Program-made: the position numbers and the translations under genes
Part shown: one piece after another, positions 48,435 to 58,180 of the stretch
Layout of the letters: every line of letters starts with the position of its first letter
How positions within the stretch are numbered: the first letter of the stretch is position 1
From: Planctomycetota bacterium
Lineage (GTDB): Bacteria > Planctomycetota > UBA8108 > SXIK01
NCBI GenBank assembly: GCA_965223265.1
Contig: OZ244999.1
Location: 7,488,001 to 7,552,000 of the forward strand
DNA length: 64,000 nt
Direction of reading: 5' to 3'
Notes under the pieces: model-generated
Told to the model about the DNA's origin: nothing
Seen by the model: only the letters and a program-made list of their open reading frames with translations
Database searches by the model: none

Positions 48435-49538
48435 TCATCGCGAGCCGGGAAGCGCCAAACCGCGATCGCGGCGATCGCCACCAATCGGACGGCGAATCGT
48501 AATCTTACGACCGTCGACGACGCCCTCGTAATAACCCGCGCCGCGCGACACACCACCTCCCGAGACTGACGAGACGCGCGGTGATAGCCGCCGCGCGAAT
48601 TTGCGCAGTTTCGCGTCGCCGCACCAGACGAGTCCCTGCTCCTCTTTGAGCTGTCGGCGCTGGCGATCGAGTTTCTCCGCCAGGCCGTCGAGGACTCCAG
48701 CGAGGTACTGCAGTTTCGTCCCTCGCTCGGCACGCGGTCGGCGTCTCTGCTCTTTCCATAGAGCGTCGCAAAGGTCGACGACATAGTGGTAGACGTAGTC
48801 CGCAACTTCGATGTTCTCAGGCCGGCCACTGACCTGAAGAACACGGCCGAGGCGGTCGCACGATGGATCGTACGAATAGGTCCAGATCACGAGCACGAAA
48901 AAGTGTTCCTGAAGAATGTGCCCAAGGGTGTACTGGTACTCCTGTATGCGCGCGGCACTGCTACCCAAGTACCGGACCGCATATTGAGGAAGGTCCGAAA
49001 GGTCACTCAGGCTCAGGTTGTACTTGAGCAGGAACCTGTGGGCCATGCGCATGGCACTGGCAGCTTCATGCTCGTTCGGACTGTCAGCGAGCGCCATCAG
49101 CTCCCGAACACGCAGCATGATGCGGTCCCGCTCACTGTCGGAGTCGTGGGCGAGGTCGAGGCGATCTTGGCTGGCGCGGCAGGCCGCGTCGCAGCAAAGC
49201 ATCGTACACGCGCGAGCGAACTCTGGCCCGTGAGGGCGCGCGTCCGGCAGCTGCATCACCTCGTGCACGTACTGATGCGCCATCTCGTGGCGCAGTGTAT
49301 CGAGCACTGCTTCCCAGCGATGAGTGAGGATATGGTGGATGCCGATCGTCAGCGCGCGACGCCCCTGATCCCACTCGCCCAGACGCTCTTCGGAATGTCC
49401 GAGTTTGATAATAGGTGGACGCAGGCGGCCGCCAACATATTGCTCGTTGAACAGGTCGTAGAACCAACGCAGGTGGCGCACCCACGCGAGCTGCAGTGAT
49501 TGAGGCACCTCGGCGGCGCGGGAATCGGCAGATTTCAT
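48435..49538 (-). CDS. SprT-like zinc metalloprotease + DUF2786 domain protein
   Basis: TLRHEMAHQ...HGPEF (SprT); RVRELMALADSPNEHEAASAMRMAHRFLLKYNL (DUF2786-like). Confidence 0.78.
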   Translation of the reverse strand: MKSADSRAAEVPQSLQLAWVRHLRWFYDLFNEQYVGGRLRPPIIKLGHSEERLGEWDQGRRALTIGIHHILTHRWEAVLDTLRHEMAHQYVHEVMQLPDARPHGPEFARACTMLCCDAACRASQDRLDLAHDSDSERDRIMLRVRELMALADSPNEHEAASAMRMAHRFLLKYNLSLSDLSDLPQYAVRYLGSSAARIQEYQYTLGHILQEHFFVLVIWTYSYDPSCDRLGRVLQVSGRPENIEVADYVYHYVVDLCDALWKEQRRRPRAERGTKLQYLAGVLDGLAEKLDRQRRQLKEEQGLVWCGDAKLRKFARRLSPRVSSVSGGGVSRGAGYYEGVVDGRKITIRRPIGGDRRDRGLALPGSR

Positions 49539-49749
49539 GTCGCGTTGACTCTCCCCTTCCGTTGACCGTTCTCTTCGCTGGAATCGTTTGCTGGCTCGGG
49601 CTCACGCGGACGCAGGCCACGTGCCGGTAATAACAACACCCTCGACTCAAGTTCCAGGTAATTCCTGCAATGACCTGCAAGGGGGAAAGGTCGTGTCCGA
49701 GAACAACCGAAGTTGGCGGTGAGGGGAAGTAGTCAACCAGGAGCGGATC

Positions 49750-50694
49750 ATGGGAGACACAAAGCTCTATTCCGCCGCTTTCAACGCCGCCGAGTCTGTT
49801 GACGGTCGCGCAGCCCGCGGCGACCGAACGCGCAAAGAGCGTTTCGAGGCGCCACCACCTCGCCTCCGCAGCGGAGATGAACTCGACGAGTTTCGAATCG
49901 ACCAGCGACTCTCTTCGGGCGCGACAGCTGCTGTGTATCGCGCGGCATGGAAGCGCCATCCCGGCACCGTCGCTCTCAAGGTGCTATCGCCACACCTCGA
50001 ACTGGTACCCGCAGCGATCAAAAGATTTCGTGCCGAGAGTGACTTCGCTCGGCGAGCCAAGAGTCCAGGGGTCGTGGAGATCTACGCACACGGCAATACC
50101 CGCCGGCACTACTACTATGCAATGGACCTTCAATCTGGCCGCACCGTAGCTGACTTGATCGCCGCTGACCAAACGATCGAGAGCTCAGAACTGGCCCGAC
50201 GCGTCAAACTTTTCGCCGACGTGGCCAAAACTCTGCACAGCCTCCACAGCTGCGGCATTGTGCACCGAGACATCAAACCGTCCAACCTGCTGCTATCCCA
50301 CTCGGGCAGGGCAATAGTTTGTGATTTCGGCTCGGCGCTCGATATGAACGCTCGCGATCCAGAGCTAGAACGTTGCCTATGGGGAACAGTGCGCTACATG
50401 AGCCCCGAACAGTTTCGCGAAGGGGCAAATCTGTACGACGTTCGTATCGATGTGTACAGCCTGGGACTCGTCCTCTACGAAGCGTGCACAGGTACCTGCC
50501 CAGTACCGATCGGACGAGATGAGGAGATCGTCGAATGGAAACACACGCGCCGTCTCCCCGCCCCGCGCGACTTGAACTTCCACATCTCTTTGCGGTTGGC
50601 GAAAATCATCCGCCGTGCTACTGCAGCTGATCCGGAGCTACGCTACGCCAGCGCCGGAGATCTTGCGAGCGACCTGACCCGTTGCCGTCGATAG
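49750..50694 (+). CDS. Hanks-type Ser/Thr protein kinase, soluble, catalytic domain only
   Basis: VALKVL, HRDIKPSN, DFG, GTVRYMSPEQ, DVYSLG; AGGAG RBS. Confidence 0.88.
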   Translation: MGDTKLYSAAFNAAESVDGRAARGDRTRKERFEAPPPRLRSGDELDEFRIDQRLSSGATAAVYRAAWKRHPGTVALKVLSPHLELVPAAIKRFRAESDFARRAKSPGVVEIYAHGNTRRHYYYAMDLQSGRTVADLIAADQTIESSELARRVKLFADVAKTLHSLHSCGIVHRDIKPSNLLLSHSGRAIVCDFGSALDMNARDPELERCLWGTVRYMSPEQFREGANLYDVRIDVYSLGLVLYEACTGTCPVPIGRDEEIVEWKHTRRLPAPRDLNFHISLRLAKIIRRATAADPELRYASAGDLASDLTRCRR

Positions 50695-50787
50695 TCGCAG
50701 AAGCTCCCAGCTCTTCGCTCCCGTTGGAAACTGGTCACCCGGGGCGACTCTTCTTTACTGGCTACGACCTCGAGTCGACGCAGCGTT

Positions 50788-51603
50788 TCACGTGCAGACA
50801 TCGATCGGAAACAACTCTCTCAGCTCAGTCGCGGTCGGCTGTCGCCCGTACTCGCTGATTTCGAAAGCTTCAACCCAGCACAGACCGGCGCCTCGCGCAC
50901 CGTAGGTGGAGAGCACTGCGTCGCGGCAGACCTCGGCGACCGCTGCCATCTCAGGCCCCCAGCGTCCGCGCAGCCACTCTCTCCGCTGATCGTCACCCTC
51001 AGGAACGGTCTCGCTGGTGCCGTCGTTGTACGGTAGCCACTCATAGAACTGAGACTCGTGTGCGTTCAACATCTCCCACTTCGTCTGCATCGCGGGCTCA
51101 ACGTCGACAATCACGTCGGGGCGAAACGGAGTCGGCTTCAAGAAATGATCTGCCAAGTATCCGAAAACAGGATTGCGGTCCAAGTGAGGCGTGTCGCGAC
51201 ACACCAGCGGCACAGTAACCATATAGGCTGAGTCCTGGACGAGTAGCGACGTGTAGCGGTGGTCTGGATGGTAGTCGCCTGGTCGATGCGTCAGAACAAG
51301 ATCCGGCTCGAACGACCGGATAAGGCGTATCAGCGCCTGGCGACGCTGAATCGTCGGTTCGAGCTCGCCGTCGGCGTTCGCCACGATTTGATATTCGATG
51401 TCAGCGATCCGAGCAGCATTAGCGGCCTCGTCGGCGCGGCGCGCCGCCAGTGCGTCTGGCTCCATTGCGTGATGCCCCGCGCGGCCGTCGGTCAACGACA
51501 CGAAACGCACGTGATCGCCGCGCCGACGCCAAAGGACCGCCGAACCGCCGCACTTGAGATCGCAATCGTCAGGATGAGCGCCCACGACCAGAATGCGTGT
51601 CAC
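50788..51603 (-). CDS. PIG-L/LmbE family deacetylase
   Basis: VGAHPDDCD, SLTDG, RRADEA, THRPGDYHPDH. Confidence 0.9.
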   Translation of the reverse strand: MTRILVVGAHPDDCDLKCGGSAVLWRRRGDHVRFVSLTDGRAGHHAMEPDALAARRADEAANAARIADIEYQIVANADGELEPTIQRRQALIRLIRSFEPDLVLTHRPGDYHPDHRYTSLLVQDSAYMVTVPLVCRDTPHLDRNPVFGYLADHFLKPTPFRPDVIVDVEPAMQTKWEMLNAHESQFYEWLPYNDGTSETVPEGDDQRREWLRGRWGPEMAAVAEVCRDAVLSTYGARGAGLCWVEAFEISEYGRQPTATELRELFPIDVCT

Positions 51604-51677
51604 ACTGCGCTCCCTTGCTAACCTGCTGTCCGTGTCTCCGCGTGATCCTCAAGCCGCACGCGTATCGCGCAGGTAGC

Positions 51678-53150
51678 CTAACCGTCCCCCGGATGCGAAA
51701 CAATCCCCTGGGCCGGAGGACTGATGAACCAGCTCCCGTTGGCGTAAACCCATTCGATCGGTAGCCGCATCGCGGGAGCATGGGCGCGGTTGAACAAAAT
51801 AACACTCGTCGCTCGCTCGGCAGAGGATTGTCGCGTCGAGTAGTTTCCGAGAACCATGCCCTCGGACCGGGTGCTTCGGAGCAGCGTTCCGATTGTGATC
51901 CTCAGGGTCCGATTCTCGCGCACCTCAGGCACGAAGTATTCCATGATCGCAGCGATTTCGCCTTGCGCGATAGCATGGCGAAATCCTGCGACGCGCAGGT
52001 CAAGATAGCTGTCCGTCACGTGGCTCCGTGGCGCAGGCGAGCGCGGCAGTTCGGGACGACGAACCGGCACTCCCTCGCCGGCGCTACGCCACGCGACTCC
52101 TGCCTGGCGAACGGAACGCTCACGAGGCTCGACGCGCTGCGCACTGACCTCAGGGTCTGTCATCTGTGCTGATTCGTTCGATAGCTTGACAAGCGACGCC
52201 ACCATAACGACGACAGCGACCAGCAAGAGAATCAGCAAACGATGCAGTCGTGGCGTCGACACTTCCACGGTGCGAACCACTGTCGACTGCGACAACGGCT
52301 CGCCGCCTTCCCTGATCTCGTCGATCGCGGACGCCACCTCGTTGCCGGATTGTAGCCGTGCGCTGGGATGCTTTGCGAGAAGCCGATGCACAAGCAAAAC
52401 CACTTCTTCCGGCACGTTCGGAGCGCGTGATCGAAGCGGGATCGGCCGGTCGTGCACGACCTGATGAATCAACGCCGAAAGCGTTTTCCCAGCGAATGGG
52501 ACCTCCCCGCTCAAGAGTGTGTAGAGTGTTGCACCCAAGCTGTATAGATCTGATCTTCCATCGACCTCGTCACCACGACATTGCTCCGGCGACATATATG
52601 CCGGCGTCCCGAGGACCTGCCCGGAACCCGTCGCGAGCGTGTCGTCTGTCAGTGGACGCGCCAAACCGAGATCTGCGATCTTCGCCGACTGATCGCTCGC
52701 CAGCAGAATGTTCGCCGGTTTGATATCGCGGTGGATCACGCCGTGATCATGAGCGTGCTGCAAGCCCTTGGCGACCTGTTTCGCGACGCGTAGGGACAAC
52801 CTGGCGCTCAGCGGTCCTTTATCCGCGATGATCTGGCGCAGATCAGAACCGTCAACGTACTCCATGACGATGTAGTAAAGCCCCTCGTCCTCACCGATGT
52901 CATAGAACTTGATGATCGAGGGATGGTTGAGGTTCGAAGCCAGCTTCGCCTCGCGTAGAAAACGGCGAAACAGCCCGTCGTCCGTGATCAACTCCGGATG
53001 GAGCACTTTCACAGCAACGTCGCGTTCGATCAGCCGGTTCGTCGCCCGATAGACCGTCCCCATGCCGCCACCGGCGATGAACGACTGCACTGTGCAGCCG
53101 CCAATCGTCATTCCAGGACGGAGTATGGGCGTCTTCGAGAGTGTGGTCAT
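51678..53150 (-). CDS. Membrane-anchored Hanks-type Ser/Thr protein kinase
   Basis: GGGMGTVY, VAVKVL, HRDIKPAN, DLG, GTPAYMSPEQ, DLYSLG; one TM helix, then a C-terminal domain. Confidence 0.9.
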   Translation of the reverse strand: MTTLSKTPILRPGMTIGGCTVQSFIAGGGMGTVYRATNRLIERDVAVKVLHPELITDDGLFRRFLREAKLASNLNHPSIIKFYDIGEDEGLYYIVMEYVDGSDLRQIIADKGPLSARLSLRVAKQVAKGLQHAHDHGVIHRDIKPANILLASDQSAKIADLGLARPLTDDTLATGSGQVLGTPAYMSPEQCRGDEVDGRSDLYSLGATLYTLLSGEVPFAGKTLSALIHQVVHDRPIPLRSRAPNVPEEVVLLVHRLLAKHPSARLQSGNEVASAIDEIREGGEPLSQSTVVRTVEVSTPRLHRLLILLLVAVVVMVASLVKLSNESAQMTDPEVSAQRVEPRERSVRQAGVAWRSAGEGVPVRRPELPRSPAPRSHVTDSYLDLRVAGFRHAIAQGEIAAIMEYFVPEVRENRTLRITIGTLLRSTRSEGMVLGNYSTRQSSAERATSVILFNRAHAPAMRLPIEWVYANGSWFISPPAQGIVSHPGDG

Positions 53151-53236
53151 ATCTGTTGTATCGGCACGGCCGCAAGTCGAGAGCACAAAGCACTCGCTTT
53201 CGCAGACCTGGCGAGATTCCGGAAAATTCGAGGAAG

Positions 53237-54010
53237 TTACTCGGGCGTCACGTAAGCGCTGGTAATGCCGCCGTCGACCAAAAACTCGGCCCCGGTCATG
53301 TAGGACGAATCATCGCAGGCAAGAAACAGCGCCGCCTTCGCCATCTCGCGTGCTTCACCGAAACGCCCCATGGGGATATGGACGAGACGCCGCTGCTTCT
53401 TTGGCTCGGTGTCAAGAAACTTCATCAGAAGCTCCGTCCGCAGCGGCCCCGGACAAAGTGCATTCACGCGGATCCCTTCGCGCGCATGAATCGTCGCAAG
53501 CTCGCGTGTCAGCGCCAGGACTCCTCCCTTGCTTGCTGTGTAGGCGGCCTGCGGGGTTGCCGCACCAAGGTGGGCGACAAAGGAGGCGGTATTGATGACG
53601 GTCCCTCCACCGGCACGGCGGAGGGCCGGAATGCCGAACTTGCATCCAAGAAACACACCTTTGAGATTCACGGCAAGAGTCAAGTCCCAAACGTCTTCCT
53701 CGGTCGACTCGGCATCACCGTCCGCACTGTGCATGATGCCCGCATTGTTGAACAGAACATCCAAACTCCCGAACGTACCCTCTGCGACCCTGATCATGTT
53801 CTCGCAATCCTGCGCGCGAGCGACGTCGGCGCGGCAGAAGACGGCATCGCCACCCGCCGCCTTCACGCTCTCTACCGTCTGCTCGCCTGCCGGTGGGTCT
53901 ATGTCGACAACGACGACCTTCGATCCCTCGGCTGCGAAGAGGAGCGCTGATTCGCGCCCGATACCGCTGCCGCCGCCAGTCACAAGCGACACTTTCCCGT
54001 CGAGTCTCAT
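53237..54010 (-). CDS. Short-chain dehydrogenase/reductase
   Basis: TGGGSGIG, NNAG, YTASKG, RVNALCPG, VDGG. Confidence 0.9.
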   Translation of the reverse strand: MRLDGKVSLVTGGGSGIGRESALLFAAEGSKVVVVDIDPPAGEQTVESVKAAGGDAVFCRADVARAQDCENMIRVAEGTFGSLDVLFNNAGIMHSADGDAESTEEDVWDLTLAVNLKGVFLGCKFGIPALRRAGGGTVINTASFVAHLGAATPQAAYTASKGGVLALTRELATIHAREGIRVNALCPGPLRTELLMKFLDTEPKKQRRLVHIPMGRFGEAREMAKAALFLACDDSSYMTGAEFLVDGGITSAYVTPE

Positions 54011-54054
54011 GTCTTTCCTTTCTCGGCGCGCCTGCGCGTCTCGAAGGTTCTGAA

Positions 54055-54753
54055 TCACGCCTTCAACTTTTGGACGAGTGCGTCGAACAGACGCTGCTGA
54101 GGCGGGTGAGTCGCCGCGGTGATCTCGGGATGCCACTGCACTCCGATGAGCCAGTTGTGCTCTGGCATCTCAATCGCCTCGATGACATCGTCGGGAGCCC
54201 GCGCCACGACGCGTAGCGGCGCCGCCAAAGCGCGGATCGCCTGATGATGCCACGACGCAACTTCAAACTCCGATGCGCCGACGATCGCTGCCAAAGCGGA
54301 GCTCGGATCCACCGTCACCATATGCGAGATCGGCTCACGTGGCGGCGCACGGTGTAGTACGGCCTCGCCGACGATGTCCGGCAAGTGCTCGTGGAGTGTG
54401 CCGCCCAAGACGACGTTGACGAGCTGCATCCCGCGGCAGATCGCGAGCGTCGGCACTTGGGAGTCGACAATGTGACGCACGAGTTCAAGCTCACTCGTGT
54501 CGCGCTCGTCGTCCACCATGTAGACACTTTCATGCTCTCGCCCACCATAATGCGATGGCGCGAGGTCGCCGCCTCCAACCAGCACCCAGCCATCAACGCG
54601 CGGGAAGATGTCCTGCCATCGCGACTCGCCGGGCGCAACCAGCACGGGCACGCCACCGGCGCGACGCAACGCGTCAAGATAGTTTCCCGGAAGGACAAAA
54701 CTTCCCTCTTCGTCCCGTCCGTACGTCGTCACGCCGACCACGGGCGCCGACAT
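54055..54753 (-). CDS. Gamma-glutamyl-amide hydrolase, peptidase C26 (PuuD-like)
   Basis: GGGD, LAICRGMQ catalytic Cys, SWHHQA, GVQWHPE. Confidence 0.88.
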   Translation of the reverse strand: MSAPVVGVTTYGRDEEGSFVLPGNYLDALRRAGGVPVLVAPGESRWQDIFPRVDGWVLVGGGDLAPSHYGGREHESVYMVDDERDTSELELVRHIVDSQVPTLAICRGMQLVNVVLGGTLHEHLPDIVGEAVLHRAPPREPISHMVTVDPSSALAAIVGASEFEVASWHHQAIRALAAPLRVVARAPDDVIEAIEMPEHNWLIGVQWHPEITAATHPPQQRLFDALVQKLKA

Positions 54754-54816
54754 CACTGTGCCCCTCTAGTGAACGCCCGGCGCCGGGCCGCGGCTCCAAT
54801 CAACAGGCCATTCACG

Positions 54817-56196
54817 TCAAATCCGCTCAAAGTACCGTCGCCTCTCCCAGTCGGTAACGGCAGCTGAGTACGCCGCAGCTTCGGTACGGAAAAAATGGTG
54901 ATAGTGGTCAATCACATCGTCACCGAACGTTTCGCGCGCAAAGACGCTCGACGCCAGCGACTCGCTTGCATCGGCGAGCGTTGACGGCAGCTGAGCGACG
55001 TCCGCTGCAGCATAAACGTCGCCGTCGAACGCGGCGGGCGGCTCGAGACGACGCTCTACCCCTGCCAAGCCCGACGCCAAAGCCGCAGCAAAGGCCAGGT
55101 ATGGATTGCAGTCGGCGCCCGGGATCCGACACTCGATACGAAGACTCGGCCCTGAGCCGACCACCCGGAACCCAGCTGTTCGGTTGTCAACGCTCCACGC
55201 CAGCCCGGTTGGCGCCCACGATCCCGATTGAAACCGTTTGTAGGAGTTGACCGTCGGCGCGTAGAAGACCATAAGCTCCGGCGCGTAGTGAAGCCAGCCG
55301 GCTAGAAACCACCGAAACGTGTCGCTGCATGCCACACCGCCGCATTCATGGTTGCCGGCAAACGCGTTTTTCCCATCGCGCCACAGGCTCAAGTGTAGGT
55401 GACACGAGGATCCTGCACGGTCCTCCATGAACTTCGCCATGAACGTGACGCTCAACCCCTGCGCGTCGGCCGTCTCTTTGAGGCACTGTTTGTAGACGAC
55501 GTGCCGATCGGCCATCGTCAAGACGTCTGCATAGCGAACGTTGAGCTCGTGCTGACCAAGCCCCCACTCTCCTTTCGAGTTCTCAACCGGCACTCCAGAA
55601 TCGCGCAGGTGTCGTCGAACACAACCGACGTAATCCTCAACGCGTGCCCCCTGAAGCGCGTGGTAGTCTTCGATATACCAACCGGCAGGCTCGAGCACGG
55701 AATAACCGCTCGAGGCAGCGTCGCGGTACGACGTGCGAAAGAGATAAAACTCCAGCTCGGATGCTCCCATGACGTCGAAGCCCAACGCACCTGCACGTGC
55801 CACCTGCGAGCGAAGGAGACTGCGCGGCGCGACGCGAACGAGATCGTGAGCGCGTTCGTTTTGGACGTCGCATAAGACCAGCGCAGTTCTGTCGAGCCAC
55901 GCCGCCCGACGCATGGAGTGAAGGTCGGGGACTAGGTGAAAGTCTCCGTAGCCTTTCTCCCAGTTGGCGAATTGGTAGCCGGAGACGGGCTCCATCTCCA
56001 TGTCGACCGTGAGCAAATAGTCGCAGCCATGTGTGCCAGCGGTCACGACCTCGCGAAGAAAGTGTTCCGCGTCGAACCGCTTGCCCACAAGTCGGCCGTA
56101 GAGATCGGTGCAACCGACGACAACCGTATCGACTTCGCCCTGCTGCACAGCCGCCTGCAGCTGCTCTTGGTTCAGCATCCCTCGGACAACGCACAT
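54817..56196 (-). CDS. Glutamine synthetase-like gamma-glutamyl-amine ligase (GlnA4/PuuA type)
   Basis: AGGAGAG RBS; GRLVGKR, SELEFYLF, KGEWGLGQHE, TFMAK, GSSCHLHLS, NSYKR, DNRT, RIECRIPGADCNPY. Confidence 0.88.
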   Translation of the reverse strand: MCVVRGMLNQEQLQAAVQQGEVDTVVVGCTDLYGRLVGKRFDAEHFLREVVTAGTHGCDYLLTVDMEMEPVSGYQFANWEKGYGDFHLVPDLHSMRRAAWLDRTALVLCDVQNERAHDLVRVAPRSLLRSQVARAGALGFDVMGASELEFYLFRTSYRDAASSGYSVLEPAGWYIEDYHALQGARVEDYVGCVRRHLRDSGVPVENSKGEWGLGQHELNVRYADVLTMADRHVVYKQCLKETADAQGLSVTFMAKFMEDRAGSSCHLHLSLWRDGKNAFAGNHECGGVACSDTFRWFLAGWLHYAPELMVFYAPTVNSYKRFQSGSWAPTGLAWSVDNRTAGFRVVGSGPSLRIECRIPGADCNPYLAFAAALASGLAGVERRLEPPAAFDGDVYAAADVAQLPSTLADASESLASSVFARETFGDDVIDHYHHFFRTEAAAYSAAVTDWERRRYFERI

Positions 56197-56630
56197 GGCA
56201 GTCTCTCCTACGGTATTCGCCCATCTATCTCAAGGATCGGCAGAATAAATGGAATTCTGCGACTTGATCGACATTCATGTGGCGAATTCACCGCCCTCAG
56301 TTTCGAGCTCCTATTCGCGAAGTCGACGGTGCTCTCCGTCGTGTCTGTTAGAGCTTAGACCCCCATCTCAGTGGCGGTGGAAGCGCTTCGTTCCGAGCTA
56401 CAGCTTTCTCATATCCTCAGGCTCAGAACGCGAGCGCTGTCCTTCGCTCCCCAAGCTGATCCGCAAGCTGGATCGGCACGGTCACGGGTCACGGCTTGAT
56501 TCGCGCGCCTCCTGGCGTCGCCCGAAGGCCCGGAGGCAAGATCCGCCTTCGGTCTGGGTATCCGCCACCAAGAGAGTCGGCGGTCCACGACCCACGCGCG
56601 TCCGGTTGCCGAGGAGACAACCTCAAGTCA

Positions 56631-57623
56631 TCATTCCGCCGCCACAGCCAGCAGGCTTGCTGTCGAACCCCGGTTCGAAGTCACGATCCACTTGCGATCG
56701 GGGGAGAGCGTCATGGAGTAGACGACGGTCGGCAAACGCCGGTGGCTGAGCCGGCTGCCCTTCGCCGTGTCCCACACGATGACATGGCCGCCGTAGTCGA
56801 CCGAGACGGCACGCTCCGCGCCGGATAGAACGCCGAGGCCACAAACCCAGCCTGGGTGTCCCTCGTAAACGGCTACCTGCTGTCCGTCGCTCGCATTCCA
56901 CTTGCGCACCGTGCGGTCGGTGCTTCCGGAATAGAGAAACTTGCCGTCGTCGGAGAAGCTCAGAGCCAAGACACCTTCCTGATGACCGCTCAACTTCTGG
57001 ATTTCCTTGGCGTCCGCGACGTTCAACAGTTTGATCTGTGTGTCGAGACCCGAACTCGCCAGGGTTTTACCGTCGGGACTGAAGACAACCGCGTAGACGC
57101 TTGACTCGTGAGCCTCTAGCGAATGAAGCTGCGAGGCGTCTTCGTTCTTCCAAAGGTGCACCGTTTTTGCGGCGCTTCCCGAGGCGATCGTTTGGCCGTC
57201 CGGCGAGAAGGCCACACAGTGGACGAAAGCCGGGTGTTCCTTGAACGTACGCAGAGCTTCGGGTCCGTCAGTCTGATCGCGCTCTTGAGGCTGCTTGACC
57301 ACTTGCCACAGCTTGAGCGTTTTATCGGCACTACCACTGACGATTGTTTGGCCGTCCGGCGAGAAGGCTACACACATCACCTTGGCCTCGTGCCCCTTGT
57401 ACGTCGCGATCGCCTGCGCCGAGCCTGCATTCCACAGGCGCACGGTCTTGTCGTAACTGGCGGTCGCTAGGAGCCCGGAGTCCGCGCTGAGCGCGGCGGA
57501 GTAGACCTCAGCATCATGTCCTGCAAACACCTTCGCAGGCTCGACGGACACCGCGTCGGCGTGTACGGAAGCAGCGCTGACGAGAGCGATCAACGCCACA
57601 GGGAGGCACGCGCGTCGTCTCAT
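56631..57623 (-). CDS. WD40 repeat protein, probably secreted
   Basis: Repeated GH...VAFSPDG...SGS.D.T..LW units; signal-like N-terminus; start uncertain. Confidence 0.88.
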   Translation of the reverse strand: MRRRACLPVALIALVSAASVHADAVSVEPAKVFAGHDAEVYSAALSADSGLLATASYDKTVRLWNAGSAQAIATYKGHEAKVMCVAFSPDGQTIVSGSADKTLKLWQVVKQPQERDQTDGPEALRTFKEHPAFVHCVAFSPDGQTIASGSAAKTVHLWKNEDASQLHSLEAHESSVYAVVFSPDGKTLASSGLDTQIKLLNVADAKEIQKLSGHQEGVLALSFSDDGKFLYSGSTDRTVRKWNASDGQQVAVYEGHPGWVCGLGVLSGAERAVSVDYGGHVIVWDTAKGSRLSHRRLPTVVYSMTLSPDRKWIVTSNRGSTASLLAVAAE

Positions 57624-58180
57624 GAACAAGGTCCAACGGGAGCCGTGGGGCATGTGCAACGGGCCATTCTTTTCCATGACGGGGCGCTCCGGAAAATGCG
57701 GGTCGATGGGTGCGCTTGCGCGGTGGTCGATCAACGAGGTGTGGTACAGACACCATAGTAACGGTTTCGTAGCGCTCATGTCTTGACCGAACTCGCTGCG
57801 TTATCGGCCTTGATCTCCGTGCGCCTGGCGCACTTAGCATAGCCCGCAGCAACGATTCACGAGGTTTTCAGTGGACATGACGGCTCAGATGTGGAACGCT
57901 GCCAGGCGCTAAGAAGTCCGGTACAAACCGCCTCGTACCGGTGCTGGGTCGCCGAAGCACCGTCGGCGTCCTCTCGACGACCAGACCGTCGGCGCCAGCC
58001 ATGAGAGTCGACACGATATGGATCGGGGGCAAAGAGCGGTCCGCAGCCGACCACGCACCGTCGATTCTCATCGCCATCGAGCACGCAGCGCATCCTCTTA
58101 TGAGAAAAAGAGTTTCTGCCTCCCACATCAATCCAACGGATGACTCCCGAAGCTCAGTGCCGCGAGGGGTCTCCACACCG

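Noticed and set aside
56197-56630. Riboswitch or ncRNA upstream of the GS-like gene
   Set aside because: Some GC-rich hairpins are present, but no recognisable Rfam consensus; an Infernal search would be needed.
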